Translations under genes and position numbers: made by a program
Origin: a bacterium
Lineage (GTDB): Bacteria; Patescibacteriota; Minisyncoccia; UBA6257; GWB1-50-10
Length of the DNA: 63,842 bases
Assembly: GCA_027310365.1 (NCBI GenBank)
Contig: DAIDAY010000002.1
Coordinates: forward strand, 1-63,842
Reading direction: 5' to 3'
Shown here: positions 42,753 to 53,228 of the stretch, piece by piece
Position numbering within the stretch: position 1 is the first letter of the stretch
Layout of the letters: each line of letters begins with the position of its first letter
Notes under the pieces: model-generated
What the model was told of the DNA's origin: nothing
The model's database searches: none
Seen by the model: only the letters and a program-made list of their open reading frames with translations

Positions 42753-44288
42753 TTATTTGCCGCCGATAACCACCTGATCCCCTTCGGAAACGCCCGAAAC
42801 CACTTCGACCGTCCCGTTGCCTCTCAGGCCAGTCGTGACGTTTTGATCGGTTGTTTTTCCGTTCTCGTAGATTTGGACGAAAGTATCCGAGCCGTTTTTC
42901 TGAATGGCGCTCGCGGGCACGATGAGCGTGCTCGAGGCCGATCCGGTTTTGATCCAAACGTCGGAAGTCATGCCAGCCTTCACCTGGTCGTTCGGTTCGT
43001 TGAACGTTATCGTGGTTTTGTAATACACGCTGCCGTCGATGACCGTGCCGGCGGGGTCGATTGCAGTTACTGTGCCTTGCCATTCGTTGGGGAGGGCATC
43101 GGCGGTGACCCGCGCGGTCTGGCCAACCTTGACGCCTACGACATTATCTTCCGAAAGATTGACTTTCACCTGAAGGGCGTCGGCGGAAATCATGGAGACA
43201 ACAACGGTGCTCGGGTCGATGATTTCTCCGATATTGCCGTTTGTTGCCGTAATGATCCCGGAAATGGGAGCGATGATTTCCATGTCCCTGATCTGCGCTT
43301 GCACTTGCTGCGCTTGGGCCTCGGCTTGTCTGATCTGCGCTTCAAATACCGCCGTATCGGTTGGACGCAAGGGAATCTTTACGAGGGTCAATTGATCCTG
43401 GGCGGTCTTGAGGGCGGATTCGGATGTGTCTAATTTTTCTTCCACTGCGCTGATGCCGGCGACAACGGCGTTCAGACTTGTTTTCGCGGTCGAGACGTCG
43501 ACTTTCCAATTGGAAGGCACGGCGACGGTTGCGCCGTTCACCGTGTAGGTGTCATTGGGGTTGTTGACCGCACCCGCGAGTTTATCCAGGAAAAGAGTGA
43601 TGTCACCGAGGTATTTCCTGGTCGTGCTCGCGTATTCGGAGAGGTTGCTGTCGACGGTCAGCTGGTAAACATACGGCTTCCAGATGCGGAAAACAGTGCT
43701 CTCGATAAGCGATCTGCTCCATTCGATATCGTTCTGTAAATTCGAATCGACGACCGAGAAAGTCAGTTTTGGATTCGTCGATAAGGGGTTAACGAACATT
43801 TGATCGGCCTTGTTTCTTACGGCATCATCCGCTTGCGTATACGCTTCCCGCAGCTTATCGACAAAATTCTGCCTGGCATCGATTACCGCTTGCTGGGCGT
43901 TTGCCACCGCTGTTTCGGCGACCGCAACGTTTTCCGGCGAAGCCCCCGCTTGTTGCTGGGCCAGTTTCGCTTTCTCGACGTCGATCCCCGCTTGCATAGC
44001 GGCTAATGCTGCATCGAGCGTCCCGGTTTCCTGTTTCGCCAACACCTGACCCGCCTCAATTTTCTTTCCGACTTTCGCCTTCAAAACAATCATTTTGCCG
44101 CTCGTTTTGAAATGCAAATCTATGCTGGTAGGCGCTTCGATTTTACCGCTGGCGAAGACTTCTTGAGTGATGTCGCCCTTTTGCACCGCCGCCAATTTGT
44201 AAGGCGGATTGGCCAACTGTTTGATGAAGAATCCGGCGCCGGCGCCGACGACAAGCAAAACCGCCGCGATGATAATGATTTTTTTCAT
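42753..44288 (-). CDS. HlyD/MacA-type membrane-fusion (periplasmic adaptor) protein with a long coiled coil
   Basis: N-terminal TM, a lipoyl-like segment (GKMIVLKAKVGKKIEAGQVLA), extended Ala/Gln-rich coiled coils and a beta-barrel C-terminus. Confidence 0.85.
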   Translation of the reverse strand: MKKIIIIAAVLLVVGAGAGFFIKQLANPPYKLAAVQKGDITQEVFASGKIEAPTSIDLHFKTSGKMIVLKAKVGKKIEAGQVLAKQETGTLDAALAAMQAGIDVEKAKLAQQQAGASPENVAVAETAVANAQQAVIDARQNFVDKLREAYTQADDAVRNKADQMFVNPLSTNPKLTFSVVDSNLQNDIEWSRSLIESTVFRIWKPYVYQLTVDSNLSEYASTTRKYLGDITLFLDKLAGAVNNPNDTYTVNGATVAVPSNWKVDVSTAKTSLNAVVAGISAVEEKLDTSESALKTAQDQLTLVKIPLRPTDTAVFEAQIRQAEAQAQQVQAQIRDMEIIAPISGIITATNGNIGEIIDPSTVVVSMISADALQVKVNLSEDNVVGVKVGQTARVTADALPNEWQGTVTAIDPAGTVIDGSVYYKTTITFNEPNDQVKAGMTSDVWIKTGSASSTLIVPASAIQKNGSDTFVQIYENGKTTDQNVTTGLRGNGTVEVVSGVSEGDQVVIGGK

Positions 44289-44809
44289 GTTGTTTTTCGC
44301 GTTTTGTTTTCCGATCTTCGTTGCGATCCCTTATCCTCCTTCCCATTATGCCGGAGTTGCTTGGTTTTTTGAAGATACTGCTCGAGCAGCCGCGAGCTCG
44401 ATTGCATTTTCCCGCCTTTGCCGACGTTAAAAACCATTTGACATCTTATCTCGCGGCATATTGCGACCTCCGGTATGTTGCGCAAATGGCGATCGCCGCC
44501 GTTGGCGAAGATATGGGGACGGAGATGTGCGAGCTCGCGGCAGACGCTCATGTCTTCCGGGTTCGGCAAATGTTTCGTTGCAATCACTTCATCGACGCAG
44601 GACAATGCCCGCAAAATTTCCTTCCGCTCGCGTTCCGGCATGAAAACATATCCTTTCTTTGCCTTCAGCCAATTGTCGTTATTGAGGATGACCACCAATA
44701 CATCGCCCAACTTTCTCGCTGCCTGGAGCAGGCGAACGTGGCCGATGTGGATCGGATCAAACCCTCCGCTCACCGCGACAACGATGTTCTTCTTGGATTC
44801 GTTCAGCAT
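44285..44809 (-). CDS. cytidylyltransferase-fold nucleotidyltransferase (RfaE-II/TagD-like)
   Basis: The ATG at 44809 gives MLNESKKNIVVAVSGGFDPIHIGHVRLLQAA (HxGH motif). Confidence 0.8.
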   Translation of the reverse strand: MLNESKKNIVVAVSGGFDPIHIGHVRLLQAARKLGDVLVVILNNDNWLKAKKGYVFMPERERKEILRALSCVDEVIATKHLPNPEDMSVCRELAHLRPHIFANGGDRHLRNIPEVAICREIRCQMVFNVGKGGKMQSSSRLLEQYLQKTKQLRHNGKEDKGSQRRSENKTRKTT

Positions 44810-46725
44810 CGGCACAATTTGAGAATCTTCAACAGCTTCCGGAATTCTACGGTTGCCGCGCCGACAACCTTGTCGGCGCCTCCGTAATAGACGAAAAGGT
44901 CTTTGCCGACGAGCGCGGCTCCGCACGGAAAAACCACGTTGGCGACTATTCCTTCTTTTTCATAAGGCGCTTCCGGTTCAAGGATGGGGTAATCGGTGCG
45001 GCCGATGATTTTGAGAGGATTGCGCCGGTCTGCCAGGACCGCTCCGACGCGATAAAACCCATCCTCGTCTGAAACTCCATGGTAGAGCAAAACCCACCCT
45101 TCGGCGGTCTTGATCGGCGGCGCGGCAACGCCGACTTTTTTCGAATCCCACCATCCTTTCCTCGGCCGGATCCAGCGGTATTCTTCCAGCCAATTCGTTC
45201 CGTCGAAATCCAAAGTTTTATGGAAAGAGAGATCGATGTCGTCGCCGCTGCGATGAATGATCAAATACTTCCCGCCGATTTTTTCCGGGAACAGGGCCGC
45301 ATCCTTGTCGTCCAGGTCCGGAGGGGAAATAAGCACAGGACGCTCCCAATTCCACTTGTGATCAAGAAAATCTTTTGCCGCAATGGAGGAGAGGGCCACT
45401 CGCGGCGGATTTTTCCCGTCGAAGGCTGTGTAGAACAGATGTATCCGACCGCCGATTTTCACGAGTCGCGGATCTTCTGCGCCTGAATTCCCGCCGGGCT
45501 GGAGCTTTTGTTCGAATTTTTCCCGAGGAACGTAAACCGGTTCCGAAGAGCGATGATCCACATGGATGCCGTCCCGACTCGATGCGTAGCCGAAAACCGA
45601 CGTGTTGTCTTCGGACATGGCCCGGTACAGAAGATGAGTTTTTCCTTCAAGATAAATCGCCGCCGGGTTGAAGGTAGCCTTTGCTTCCCAGGGATGGTTC
45701 TTAACGGGCCCGAGTATCGGATTTTCTTCGGCGCGGTTCAATTGTACGGCTCTTTTTTCCTTTCCCAGCAGCTGCTCTAAAAACGGATTGAGTTCTATCT
45801 TTGCCAGGCAGCACGTAGTGTCGGCCGCTCCATAGTAAAGATTGAGCCAGCCGTTGTCCGTGGTCGCCCCCGAAGGAAAGACGACGTTCGGCACCATCCC
45901 ATGCTTTTCGTAGTATTCTTCCGGGGAAAGGATGGGAAAATCGGTCCGGGCAATGATCTTGAGCGGATTGTCCGCCTTCAAAAGGACGGCCTCGACGCCG
46001 AAAGATTTTTGGGGGGAGAAGTAGTCCCTGATAGAGGAGTAGAACAAAAGCCACCCATACTTTGTTTTTATCGGCGGAGTCCCCACCTCGATGTGATCCT
46101 GAGGCCGGCGCCGGAGCGGCAAAGAATATTTATCGGAATCTTGATACCATTTCTTCCAGCGCGATTCTTGCCAGATTTCCTCCTCTTTGTCGAAAGGAGC
46201 GAGGCATATTTTCGCCGGCGGCCGATCAGTATTGATGGTCAAGACTGCCCACAATTTATTGCCGATTCTTTCCGGAAACAGAGCCATCGCTTTGGCGTTG
46301 AAGGGGGTGACGAGATGCTTTTCTTCAACCTTCTCAAGGTTTTTACTGATGGCGATCCCCACCCTGATGCTTTCCGCGTTTGGCGGCCAACTGCCGACCG
46401 CCGTGTAAAAAACGTAGTACGTGCCGTTCAGCTTCGTTATCCGCGGATCTTCGCAGCCGAACCTTTCCCATTCATATTCCGGGACGATTAATCGCCTCCG
46501 ATTGCTAAAATTCATTCCGTCTCTGCTTTCGGCGATTCCGATGTCGGAAACCATAAGCTTGGTCTTGGCTGCGCTGTGGTAATGGGGCAACGAAACCGCG
46601 CGATAAAGAAAAAAAATTTTTCCCCCTTTTCTTGCCGGGCAGCCATTAAAAACCGCCTCAGCTTCCCATGATTGATCTTTGTTCGGCGCCAGTACCGGAT
46701 TTTTGGCGTAGCGTTCGATGACCAT
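44803..46725 (-). CDS. tandem GH130-like (DUF377) glycoside phosphorylase/hydrolase
   Basis: Two repeats each begin with NP[VI]L.P....WEA.A.FN (residues about 8 and about 335). Confidence 0.8.
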   Translation of the reverse strand: MVIERYAKNPVLAPNKDQSWEAEAVFNGCPARKGGKIFFLYRAVSLPHYHSAAKTKLMVSDIGIAESRDGMNFSNRRRLIVPEYEWERFGCEDPRITKLNGTYYVFYTAVGSWPPNAESIRVGIAISKNLEKVEEKHLVTPFNAKAMALFPERIGNKLWAVLTINTDRPPAKICLAPFDKEEEIWQESRWKKWYQDSDKYSLPLRRRPQDHIEVGTPPIKTKYGWLLFYSSIRDYFSPQKSFGVEAVLLKADNPLKIIARTDFPILSPEEYYEKHGMVPNVVFPSGATTDNGWLNLYYGAADTTCCLAKIELNPFLEQLLGKEKRAVQLNRAEENPILGPVKNHPWEAKATFNPAAIYLEGKTHLLYRAMSEDNTSVFGYASSRDGIHVDHRSSEPVYVPREKFEQKLQPGGNSGAEDPRLVKIGGRIHLFYTAFDGKNPPRVALSSIAAKDFLDHKWNWERPVLISPPDLDDKDAALFPEKIGGKYLIIHRSGDDIDLSFHKTLDFDGTNWLEEYRWIRPRKGWWDSKKVGVAAPPIKTAEGWVLLYHGVSDEDGFYRVGAVLADRRNPLKIIGRTDYPILEPEAPYEKEGIVANVVFPCGAALVGKDLFVYYGGADKVVGAATVEFRKLLKILKLCRC

Positions 46726-46726
46726 A

Positions 46727-47818
46727 TTATTTTTTCTTTAAAGATTTTACTTTGAGTTTCGGCCTGGCTTCTTTGGCGAGCGCTCTCAAAAATTCTCCCA
46801 CATCGGCGTGAGCGACGCCGATATAACTATCGGCTGCTCCGTAATAAACCAAAAGTTCTTCATTTTTGACGACCGCTCCGGTCACATACACCACCCCGGC
46901 CTTAAAACCGTTATTTTCGTAATCTTCCTCCGGCTCCAACACTGGTTCTGGGGACCGATGAAGAATTTTTGCCGGATCGCGTAGATCGAGAAGCATGACG
47001 CCGACCTTATATTTGCCCGGGTCATTTTCATCCATGGCCTGATAGAACAAAAGCCACCCCGCCGCCGTTTTCACCGGCGGCGCGCCCGCTCCTCTTGGCC
47101 AATTATCCCAGCAATTTTTTCTTCGGAAGTCGCCGTCATGATGGCTTTCTATATACTCGCCTTCTTTGAATTCCAGAGTGTCGCGAAAAGCAATGGCTAT
47201 TTCTGGGCAGATGCTGTGCAAAATGGCGTATTGGCCCCGGATTCTTTCCGGAAAAATAACCCAGTTTTTATGAACTTCGCCGGGCCTTGAAATCAGTTGC
47301 GGCGGCTTCCATGCCCATTTTTTATCGAGAAAATTCTTGGTTGTAATTGAAGTAAGAGCAACACCCAGTCCGTTGTCGCAGGCGGTATATGTCATGTAGA
47401 GAACATCTTCCTCGTTGATTTGAACGATGCGAGGGTCCTCGGCTCCCCCCAGACTCCCGCCGGAAAAACAAGAAAAAACGGTGAAGGACGGTTTTTTTAT
47501 TTCGTGTTCATAAACGGGATGGGGGAGCCGGTTGTCAATGTGAAATCCATCCCTCGAGGCGGCATATCCTAAACGAGAAACCCCATCTTTTCCGATCGCG
47601 CGATAGAGAAAATGGACTTGAGCGTCGAGCAAAACGACGCCGGGGTTGAATGTTTGCCATGCCTCCCAGCCGTTTTCTTGATTCGGTAAAATGATCGGGT
47701 TTTCCGCGAACTTGGCCAGCTCAAGGCTGGTTTTTTTCTTCCGTTTGGGCGCCGCCCGTTTTCTGCCACGGGACACCCTTTTCGGTTTTGCGGCTTTTTT
47801 CATGTTGATCATTTTCAT
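46727..47818 (-). CDS. GH130-like (DUF377) glycosidase with a basic N-terminal tail
   Basis: ENPIILPNQENGWEAWQTFNPGVV and the matching five-bladed-propeller sequence pattern. Lys/Arg-rich first 30 aa. Confidence 0.8.
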   Translation of the reverse strand: MKMINMKKAAKPKRVSRGRKRAAPKRKKKTSLELAKFAENPIILPNQENGWEAWQTFNPGVVLLDAQVHFLYRAIGKDGVSRLGYAASRDGFHIDNRLPHPVYEHEIKKPSFTVFSCFSGGSLGGAEDPRIVQINEEDVLYMTYTACDNGLGVALTSITTKNFLDKKWAWKPPQLISRPGEVHKNWVIFPERIRGQYAILHSICPEIAIAFRDTLEFKEGEYIESHHDGDFRRKNCWDNWPRGAGAPPVKTAAGWLLFYQAMDENDPGKYKVGVMLLDLRDPAKILHRSPEPVLEPEEDYENNGFKAGVVYVTGAVVKNEELLVYYGAADSYIGVAHADVGEFLRALAKEARPKLKVKSLKKK

Positions 47819-47901
47819 TTTACAACTCTTCGCGGCTTTTATCTCGCGCTTCCCCTGAAAACCGCGTGCTCTTGCCGGGGAAGTGTTGAAGATTGACGCA
47901 G

Positions 47902-48117
47902 TTAATGAACATGATTGTTCCGGTCTTTATCGCCGTGTTTCGCCAGGTGATGAGGCAAAGAAAGGGAGATAATCATCGAGAGGATGAACACCCAGGCGCT
48001 TCCCAGATACAGATCCAGGCTGGTAATGCCCGATTTTGACAGAGCACCAACCACGAAGAGGGCTGTGAGAAACAGCGAGAGGCCGAGGGCGACGAAGAAT
48101 GGTTTGTTGTTCAACAT
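47902..48117 (-). CDS. small 2-TM membrane protein ending in a His-rich tail
   Basis: Two hydrophobic helices, with the C-terminus HHLAKHGDKDRNNHVH. Immediately downstream of copA. Confidence 0.45.
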   Translation of the reverse strand: MLNNKPFFVALGLSLFLTALFVVGALSKSGITSLDLYLGSAWVFILSMIISLSLPHHLAKHGDKDRNNHVH

Positions 48118-48133
48118 GATTTCAACCCATGAT

Positions 48134-50467
48134 TTATATGGGCTTCGGCTGGTAGCGCTTTAGCCGCAAGGTATTCAAGGTAACCGAAACCGAGCTGACG
48201 GCCATGAACAATCCCGCCAGTTCGGGGCTGACCAACAGTCGCAGGGGTGGATAGAGAATACCGGCTGCGATCGGCACTCCCAAGGCATTGTAGACGAACG
48301 CCCAAAAGAGGTTTTCCTTGATCTTGCTCATGGTCTTTTTACTCAAATCGAAAGCTGAAATAATGTCGCGCAAATCGTCCTTGACCAGGATGATCTGGCC
48401 GGCTTCTTTGGCGATATCCGAACCGCTGCCGATGGCGATGCCGACCTCCGCCTGCGTGAGCGCAGGCGCGTCGTTGATGCCGTCGCCGACCATCGCTACT
48501 TTATATCCTTCTTTCTGAATTTTTTTGATTTCTTCCGCTTTGCGTTCCGGTAACACCTCGGCCAGTACGTCCTTGATGCCGATCTTGGCCGCTATGGCTT
48601 TGGCGGTCCTCTGATTATCGCCGGTCAGCATCACTGCTTTCATGCCCAATGCCTGCAGTTTCTGCACCGCCTTTTTCGAATTCTCCTTGAGGGTATCCGC
48701 CACGCCGATGAGGCCCTGGATTCTGCCGTCTGCGGCGAGGATCATGACGGTCTTGCCCTCTCCCTCCAATGTTTCCATTTGCGCCGCCAGCGCCGCCGGT
48801 ACCGGAATGTTCTTGTCGGCCATTAGCGATCTGTTTCCTAAATAAATCTGCTTTCCGCCTACTCGAGCTTTTATTCCGTGCCCCGGAATTGCTTCAAAGT
48901 CGGAGATCTTTTCCATGACCATGCCTTTTTCCTCCGCTGCCTTGACGATGGCTTCGCCCAAGGGATGCTCGGAACCCTTTTCCGCCGAAGCCGCCAGGCG
49001 CAGGACTTCAGTTTCTTCCGCATCGGCGCTTTTCACCAGATCGGTGAGCGACGGCTGGCCCTTGGTCAGCGTGCCGGTTTTATCCAGCACGACCACTTGG
49101 ATTTTGGAAGCCCGTTCCAGCGCATCCCCGCCGCGGATCAGAATGCCCTTTTCTGCTCCTTTGGCCGTGCCGGCCATGATCGCACTCGGGGTGGCGAGGC
49201 CTACCGCGCAGGGGCAGGAGATGATGAGAACGGTGATGCTCAGGAGGACCGCGAACACGGAGGCCGGCACCGATGACAGCACCGTGCTCGAAAGCAGGAA
49301 TTTACTGCCCGCGGCAAAAAAGAGGTCATAACCGGCGAAAAACCAGAAAAGGAACACCAGGAGGGCGATGACATGGACGATGAGGATAAAATTGGCCGAT
49401 ACCTTGTCCGCCAACTTTTGAATCTTCGGCTTGGCGAGCTGAGCCTCTTCGATGAATTTGACGATCTGGGAAAGCATGGTGTCTTTCCCGATTTTGACCG
49501 CCTCGCATGTGATGAGGCCGCTCTTGTTGATGGTGGCGCCGATAACGGGATCGCCGGCTCTTTTCTCCACCGGAATGCTTTCACCGGTGATCATCGATTC
49601 GTCGACGGCTGAGTACCCTTCGCGAACGATGCCGTCCACCGGAATCTTTTCTCCGGGCTTGACGATGATCAAGTCGCCGACCACGATCGCATCGATGTCA
49701 ATCACGGCTTCCGCGCCGTTTCTCACCACCCGGGCTGTTTTGACCTTCAGGCCCATGAGTTTTTTGATAGCCTCCGAGGCGCGGCCCCGCGTCAGAGCCT
49801 CCAGATAACGGCCGAGCACCAGAAAAGCGATGAGCAGCGCCGCGGTTTCAAAAAACGCCACTTTCGGTCCGCCGAAGCCGGCATTGGGGAAGAGGGTGTT
49901 TATGATTCCCAAGATGTAAGCCGCGCCGGTGCCGGTGGCGACCAGTAAGTTCATATCGGTGAATCCGTGTTTGAGACCGCGATACGTGCCGACAAAAAAC
50001 TGCCGGCCGGGGCCGAACATCAAAGGCGTGGTCAGGAGCCAAAGCACATAGCTGTTGCTTAAAATTCCGGGCACAAACGCGCTCAAGCCAAGATATTCCC
50101 GGAAAGTTCCCAGCATGACCGGTATGGCGATCAGCCAGGAAATGACGGCGTAATTTCTTTGGCGTCTCACCTCTTCCCGGTGATTCTTCGCCTCTTTTTC
50201 GCCGGCGGTCTCTTCCTCCATTCCGCTTTCGGCAAAAGCCTTGTAGCCGAGGTTGGCGGTGATTTTCTGAGCCACTTCGGCGGCGCCGATCACGCTCCCG
50301 TCGAGCTCGACGAACGCTTTTTCCAGCGGGAAGCTGACCTCGACCGACCGTACGCCGGGGAGCGTTCTGATGAAACCTTCAATGTTCCGCGCGCAGCTTA
50401 CGCACGTCATCCCTTCGATGCTGATTTGCGTTCTTGAGGTCATCGATGTGTCATGATGGTCATTCAC
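48134..50467 (-). CDS. copA: copper-translocating P1B-1 ATPase
   Basis: HMA domain GMTCVSC, TM motif [18 protein letters not shown] and [10 protein letters not shown]. The track start is a GTG at 50467; an in-frame ATG lies at 50443. Confidence 0.95.
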   Translation of the reverse strand: MNDHHDTSMTSRTQISIEGMTCVSCARNIEGFIRTLPGVRSVEVSFPLEKAFVELDGSVIGAAEVAQKITANLGYKAFAESGMEEETAGEKEAKNHREEVRRQRNYAVISWLIAIPVMLGTFREYLGLSAFVPGILSNSYVLWLLTTPLMFGPGRQFFVGTYRGLKHGFTDMNLLVATGTGAAYILGIINTLFPNAGFGGPKVAFFETAALLIAFLVLGRYLEALTRGRASEAIKKLMGLKVKTARVVRNGAEAVIDIDAIVVGDLIIVKPGEKIPVDGIVREGYSAVDESMITGESIPVEKRAGDPVIGATINKSGLITCEAVKIGKDTMLSQIVKFIEEAQLAKPKIQKLADKVSANFILIVHVIALLVFLFWFFAGYDLFFAAGSKFLLSSTVLSSVPASVFAVLLSITVLIISCPCAVGLATPSAIMAGTAKGAEKGILIRGGDALERASKIQVVVLDKTGTLTKGQPSLTDLVKSADAEETEVLRLAASAEKGSEHPLGEAIVKAAEEKGMVMEKISDFEAIPGHGIKARVGGKQIYLGNRSLMADKNIPVPAALAAQMETLEGEGKTVMILAADGRIQGLIGVADTLKENSKKAVQKLQALGMKAVMLTGDNQRTAKAIAAKIGIKDVLAEVLPERKAEEIKKIQKEGYKVAMVGDGINDAPALTQAEVGIAIGSGSDIAKEAGQIILVKDDLRDIISAFDLSKKTMSKIKENLFWAFVYNALGVPIAAGILYPPLRLLVSPELAGLFMAVSSVSVTLNTLRLKRYQPKPI

Positions 50468-50480
50468 GATTCCTTCCGAT

Positions 50481-50510
50481 AGGATATACCCCCACCCCCT
50501 ATATTGTCAA
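50481..50510 (-). promoter_or_regulatory. copA promoter with a C/G-tract operator in the spacer
   Basis: Minus strand reads TTGACA-ATATAGGGGGTGGGGGTA-TATCCT, followed by the GGAAGGA SD. The core ATATA-G5-T-G5-TATAT lies at 50484-50504. Confidence 0.6.
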
Positions 50511-50814
50511 GAGGCCGGAGACGTCCATCGTCCTCGCCCGGCGTCTCAACGATTGCCGTTCTTTTTTGCGCGATTGCGCGTCATGGCGCCGGTTTGCATT
50601 TTTTCCGGATTCGATGTTCATGGGTGCCCGATCACAAGAATGCGAAGATCGATGCGAACGACAGCTCCTCAAGCGGAACTCCCCGAAACCGAAACGCCCG
50701 AAACGGCTTTCAAATGCCATACCGCCTCGACAGAGCCGGGAGATACGGCGGTGAGCGCAAGAAAGCGATAAGAAGAAAAGGCCGAGAAGGCGCATATCGC
50801 ATGATGGTTGGGCG

Positions 50815-51963
50815 TTAACGCACGCTATTCCAGCCGCCGACAATGCCGTTTTTGGACAGGACGATTTGCCAAAGCTGTATTTTGCGCGCCCGGAACGCTC
50901 CGGCGCACGACAATAAATAGTATTTCCACGTTCTGTAAAACTTCTCGTCGTAGTTGCTCCTCAATCTTGGCCACGCTTTTTCAAAGTTGGCATGCCAGGC
51001 CATCAAGGTTTTATCGTAATCTGCGCTAAAATTGTGCCAATCTTCCATGACAAAAAGATTTTCGATCGCAGCGCCCAGTTGTTTGATTGAGGGCAGGTGG
51101 CTGTTGGGGAAAATATATTTTGCCATCCACGGATCTGTCGTTGTCGTCGATCGCTCTTTGCCAATGGTGTGCAACAAAAACAATCCATCATCTTTCAGGT
51201 TGCGATGAACCACCCGCAGGTACGTTTTGTAATTTTTATAGCCGACATGTTCGATCATTCCCACTGAAACAATGCGATCAAATTTTTCACCTGCGCCGAG
51301 CACAGTTGAGGAGTCGATATCCCGATAATCCTGCAAGCTGATCTCAATGGGCAAACCTTTGCATAAATCTCTCGCAAGCTCCACCTGCTCTTGGGAAACA
51401 GTAATGCCCACTGCGCGAACGCCGTACTTGAGAGCGGCATGTTTCATGAAAGTTCCCCAGCCGCAGCCGATATCGAGAATTTTCATGCCGCTTTTAAGGC
51501 CAAGTTTCCGGCACATCAGATCGAATTTAGCTTCCTGGGCTTTGTCTAAATCATTGGCCGGCGGATTACCGCTCCAATAGCCGCAGGAGTAAGCCATGGA
51601 TTTCCCCAGCATCGGGATGAATAAATCATTGCCCGTGTCATAATGCTTTTCACCGATGATAAAAGCGCGGTTACGAGACTGCTGGTTAAAAAGTTTCGCC
51701 GATACGGCTCGCCAAAGCAAGGGCCAGTTTCCTTTCACCTTTTCGTCCAGCCGGGAACGCAGTACCCGATAAAAAAATTCGTCCAGCCGGTCGGAATCCC
51801 ACCAGCCGTCCATGTATGCTTCGCCCAAACCCAAAGAGCCTTCGCGAAGCACGCGGTCAAATATCCGTTCGTCGTGAACGCGCATATCCCACGGATTATT
51901 GCCGTTCAGATGTATGCCGACCGAGAGAAGCAGCTTTTGGGCGATGATTTGGTTATTCGCCAT
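50815..51963 (-). CDS. cfa: cyclopropane-fatty-acyl-phospholipid synthase
   Basis: GEAYMDGWW and the SAM motif ILDIGCGWG. The track start is a TTG at 51987; the first ATG, at 51963, removes the overlap with the upstream gene. Confidence 0.9.
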   Translation of the reverse strand: MANNQIIAQKLLLSVGIHLNGNNPWDMRVHDERIFDRVLREGSLGLGEAYMDGWWDSDRLDEFFYRVLRSRLDEKVKGNWPLLWRAVSAKLFNQQSRNRAFIIGEKHYDTGNDLFIPMLGKSMAYSCGYWSGNPPANDLDKAQEAKFDLMCRKLGLKSGMKILDIGCGWGTFMKHAALKYGVRAVGITVSQEQVELARDLCKGLPIEISLQDYRDIDSSTVLGAGEKFDRIVSVGMIEHVGYKNYKTYLRVVHRNLKDDGLFLLHTIGKERSTTTTDPWMAKYIFPNSHLPSIKQLGAAIENLFVMEDWHNFSADYDKTLMAWHANFEKAWPRLRSNYDEKFYRTWKYYLLSCAGAFRARKIQLWQIVLSKNGIVGGWNSVR

Positions 51964-51968
51964 TCTTG

Positions 51969-52442
51969 TTAAAAATTCAGTTGCCAAGTAAAAACTCTCA
52001 CCGCATCGGCTATTCCGGTTATTTTCAATTCAATCGAACGGGAGGGTAGCGCAATTGGGTTGAACGCAAGCGTTCCTTCCCGGTGGTGGCCGCCGACGGG
52101 CCCGTCCCAGCTGATCGGTTTGTATTCTTTTCCTTGATCATCGATGAGAATCGCGGACTTCGTGAGATCTTGATCTAATGCCACCGAATGCGTATTCATG
52201 ACGATATCGAATTTCCACCCGCCAGGTTGGGCTGAAAGATCAACCGGCGTTACCGCGATCGTAACTCCGCTTTGATTATTGGTTTTCGTCTCCCACTGTT
52301 TTGGTTGAGAGCCGGCTCGTCCCCGGTTTTGCTCAACCGGCGGCGATTTCGCAAACGGAACGCCGTTCAAACCGGCGACTATCGCAACCGCCGCCCCAAC
52401 GACCGCGACGGCGGCCGAAAGATAAAGATATTTTTTATTCAT
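51969..52442 (-). CDS. secreted/anchored beta-rich protein with a GGHH motif (function unknown)
   Basis: A signal anchor, then VTIAVTPVDL...WKFDIVMNTHSVAL...ISWDGPVGGHHREGTLAF. Confidence 0.55.
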   Translation of the reverse strand: MNKKYLYLSAAVAVVGAAVAIVAGLNGVPFAKSPPVEQNRGRAGSQPKQWETKTNNQSGVTIAVTPVDLSAQPGGWKFDIVMNTHSVALDQDLTKSAILIDDQGKEYKPISWDGPVGGHHREGTLAFNPIALPSRSIELKITGIADAVRVFTWQLNF

Positions 52443-52875
52443 GGCGTTTCTTGAAACGAATTATTTTATTGCCGATAAAGGCGATCCCGCCGAGATTGAA
52501 AGCGAGTCCGATCCAGAAGAACTGCGTTTGGTACTGAGCGACAAAAGTGACGACCCCGATGGTTCCCAGAACCGGAAGGATGTTCACGAGATAATGCGTA
52601 CAGCAGGAAATCATCGAAAGCGCGGAGGTCGTTCCAGTTACAGCAACCGTCTTGCCCGCGCTGTTTCTTTCGACCAGTTGTTTCAAGCGGGAGTACAACC
52701 CGATTTGAATGCCGAAGCCGACTGCGAGGCTGACGATGAAGTACCAAAAAGCGGCGAACTGGCTTTGAGCGAAATTCCATCCCGAAACGAGCGTGAGCGC
52801 CGTAAAATAAATCCCGAGCAAGATCGCGCTGGCGGCAACCCCGTTTAAAAAAGGTTTTATGCGGTTGTTTGACAT
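52435..52875 (-). CDS. 4-TM membrane protein with an intramembrane SCCTH motif (same family as 60764..61315)
   Basis: The ATG at 52875 gives MSNNRIK.... VGFGIQIGLYSRL and TGTTSALSMISCCTHYLVNILP align with the motifs of the CxxC paralogs. Confidence 0.6.
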   Translation of the reverse strand: MSNNRIKPFLNGVAASAILLGIYFTALTLVSGWNFAQSQFAAFWYFIVSLAVGFGIQIGLYSRLKQLVERNSAGKTVAVTGTTSALSMISCCTHYLVNILPVLGTIGVVTFVAQYQTQFFWIGLAFNLGGIAFIGNKIIRFKKRHE

Positions 52876-52879
52876 GGCG

Positions 52880-53164
52880 CTATTTCGGCTTTTCGCCTTC
52901 GTGTTCTCTACGGCCGTTTCGGGTGGCGTCGCCGTGATCGACGGCCTCGTTTTCGGAGCCGTCGCGTTCGTGGTTCGGGGCACGATGTCCGCGCACCATT
53001 GCCCAGAAATGAACCAAGATGAAACCGGCAATAAGGATCGGCCACCAGGAGGATTTCCCGATGAACAGCTTATCTCCGCCGAAAAACAAAACGGCCAAAA
53101 ACAGGGCGCCGGGAATCATTGTCCATCGCATTGAAGAATTATTCTTGCCGTCGTGATGGTGCAT
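52880..53164 (-). CDS. small His-rich 2-TM membrane protein
   Basis: The ATG at 53164 gives MHHHDGKNN.... Two TM helices and a His/Asp/Glu-rich C-terminal tail (HRAPNHERDGSENEAVDHGD...REHEGE). Confidence 0.45.
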   Translation of the reverse strand: MHHHDGKNNSSMRWTMIPGALFLAVLFFGGDKLFIGKSSWWPILIAGFILVHFWAMVRGHRAPNHERDGSENEAVDHGDATRNGRREHEGEKPK

Positions 53165-53228
53165 GGAAGACAAACAGAGAGCCGTCCGGGCGATCATTGA
53201 GGCATCGCCGCCGGCCTGCGCAGAAACG

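Noticed and set aside
42748-43083. N-terminal extensions of track ORFs (41524..43083, 54358..55758, 52435..53031, 52880..53338, 60237..60953, 58050..58652, 61317..62144, 44285..44926).
   Set aside because: The extensions overlap the preceding gene in another frame and are Arg-rich nonsense. Internal ATGs placed a few nt after the upstream stop give sensible signal anchors or N-termini.
50499-50843. Overlapping ORFs of 72-114 aa in the cfa-copA spacer as small metal-related proteins.
   Set aside because: They have no SD or start context, they overlap each other in several frames, and their composition is implausible.
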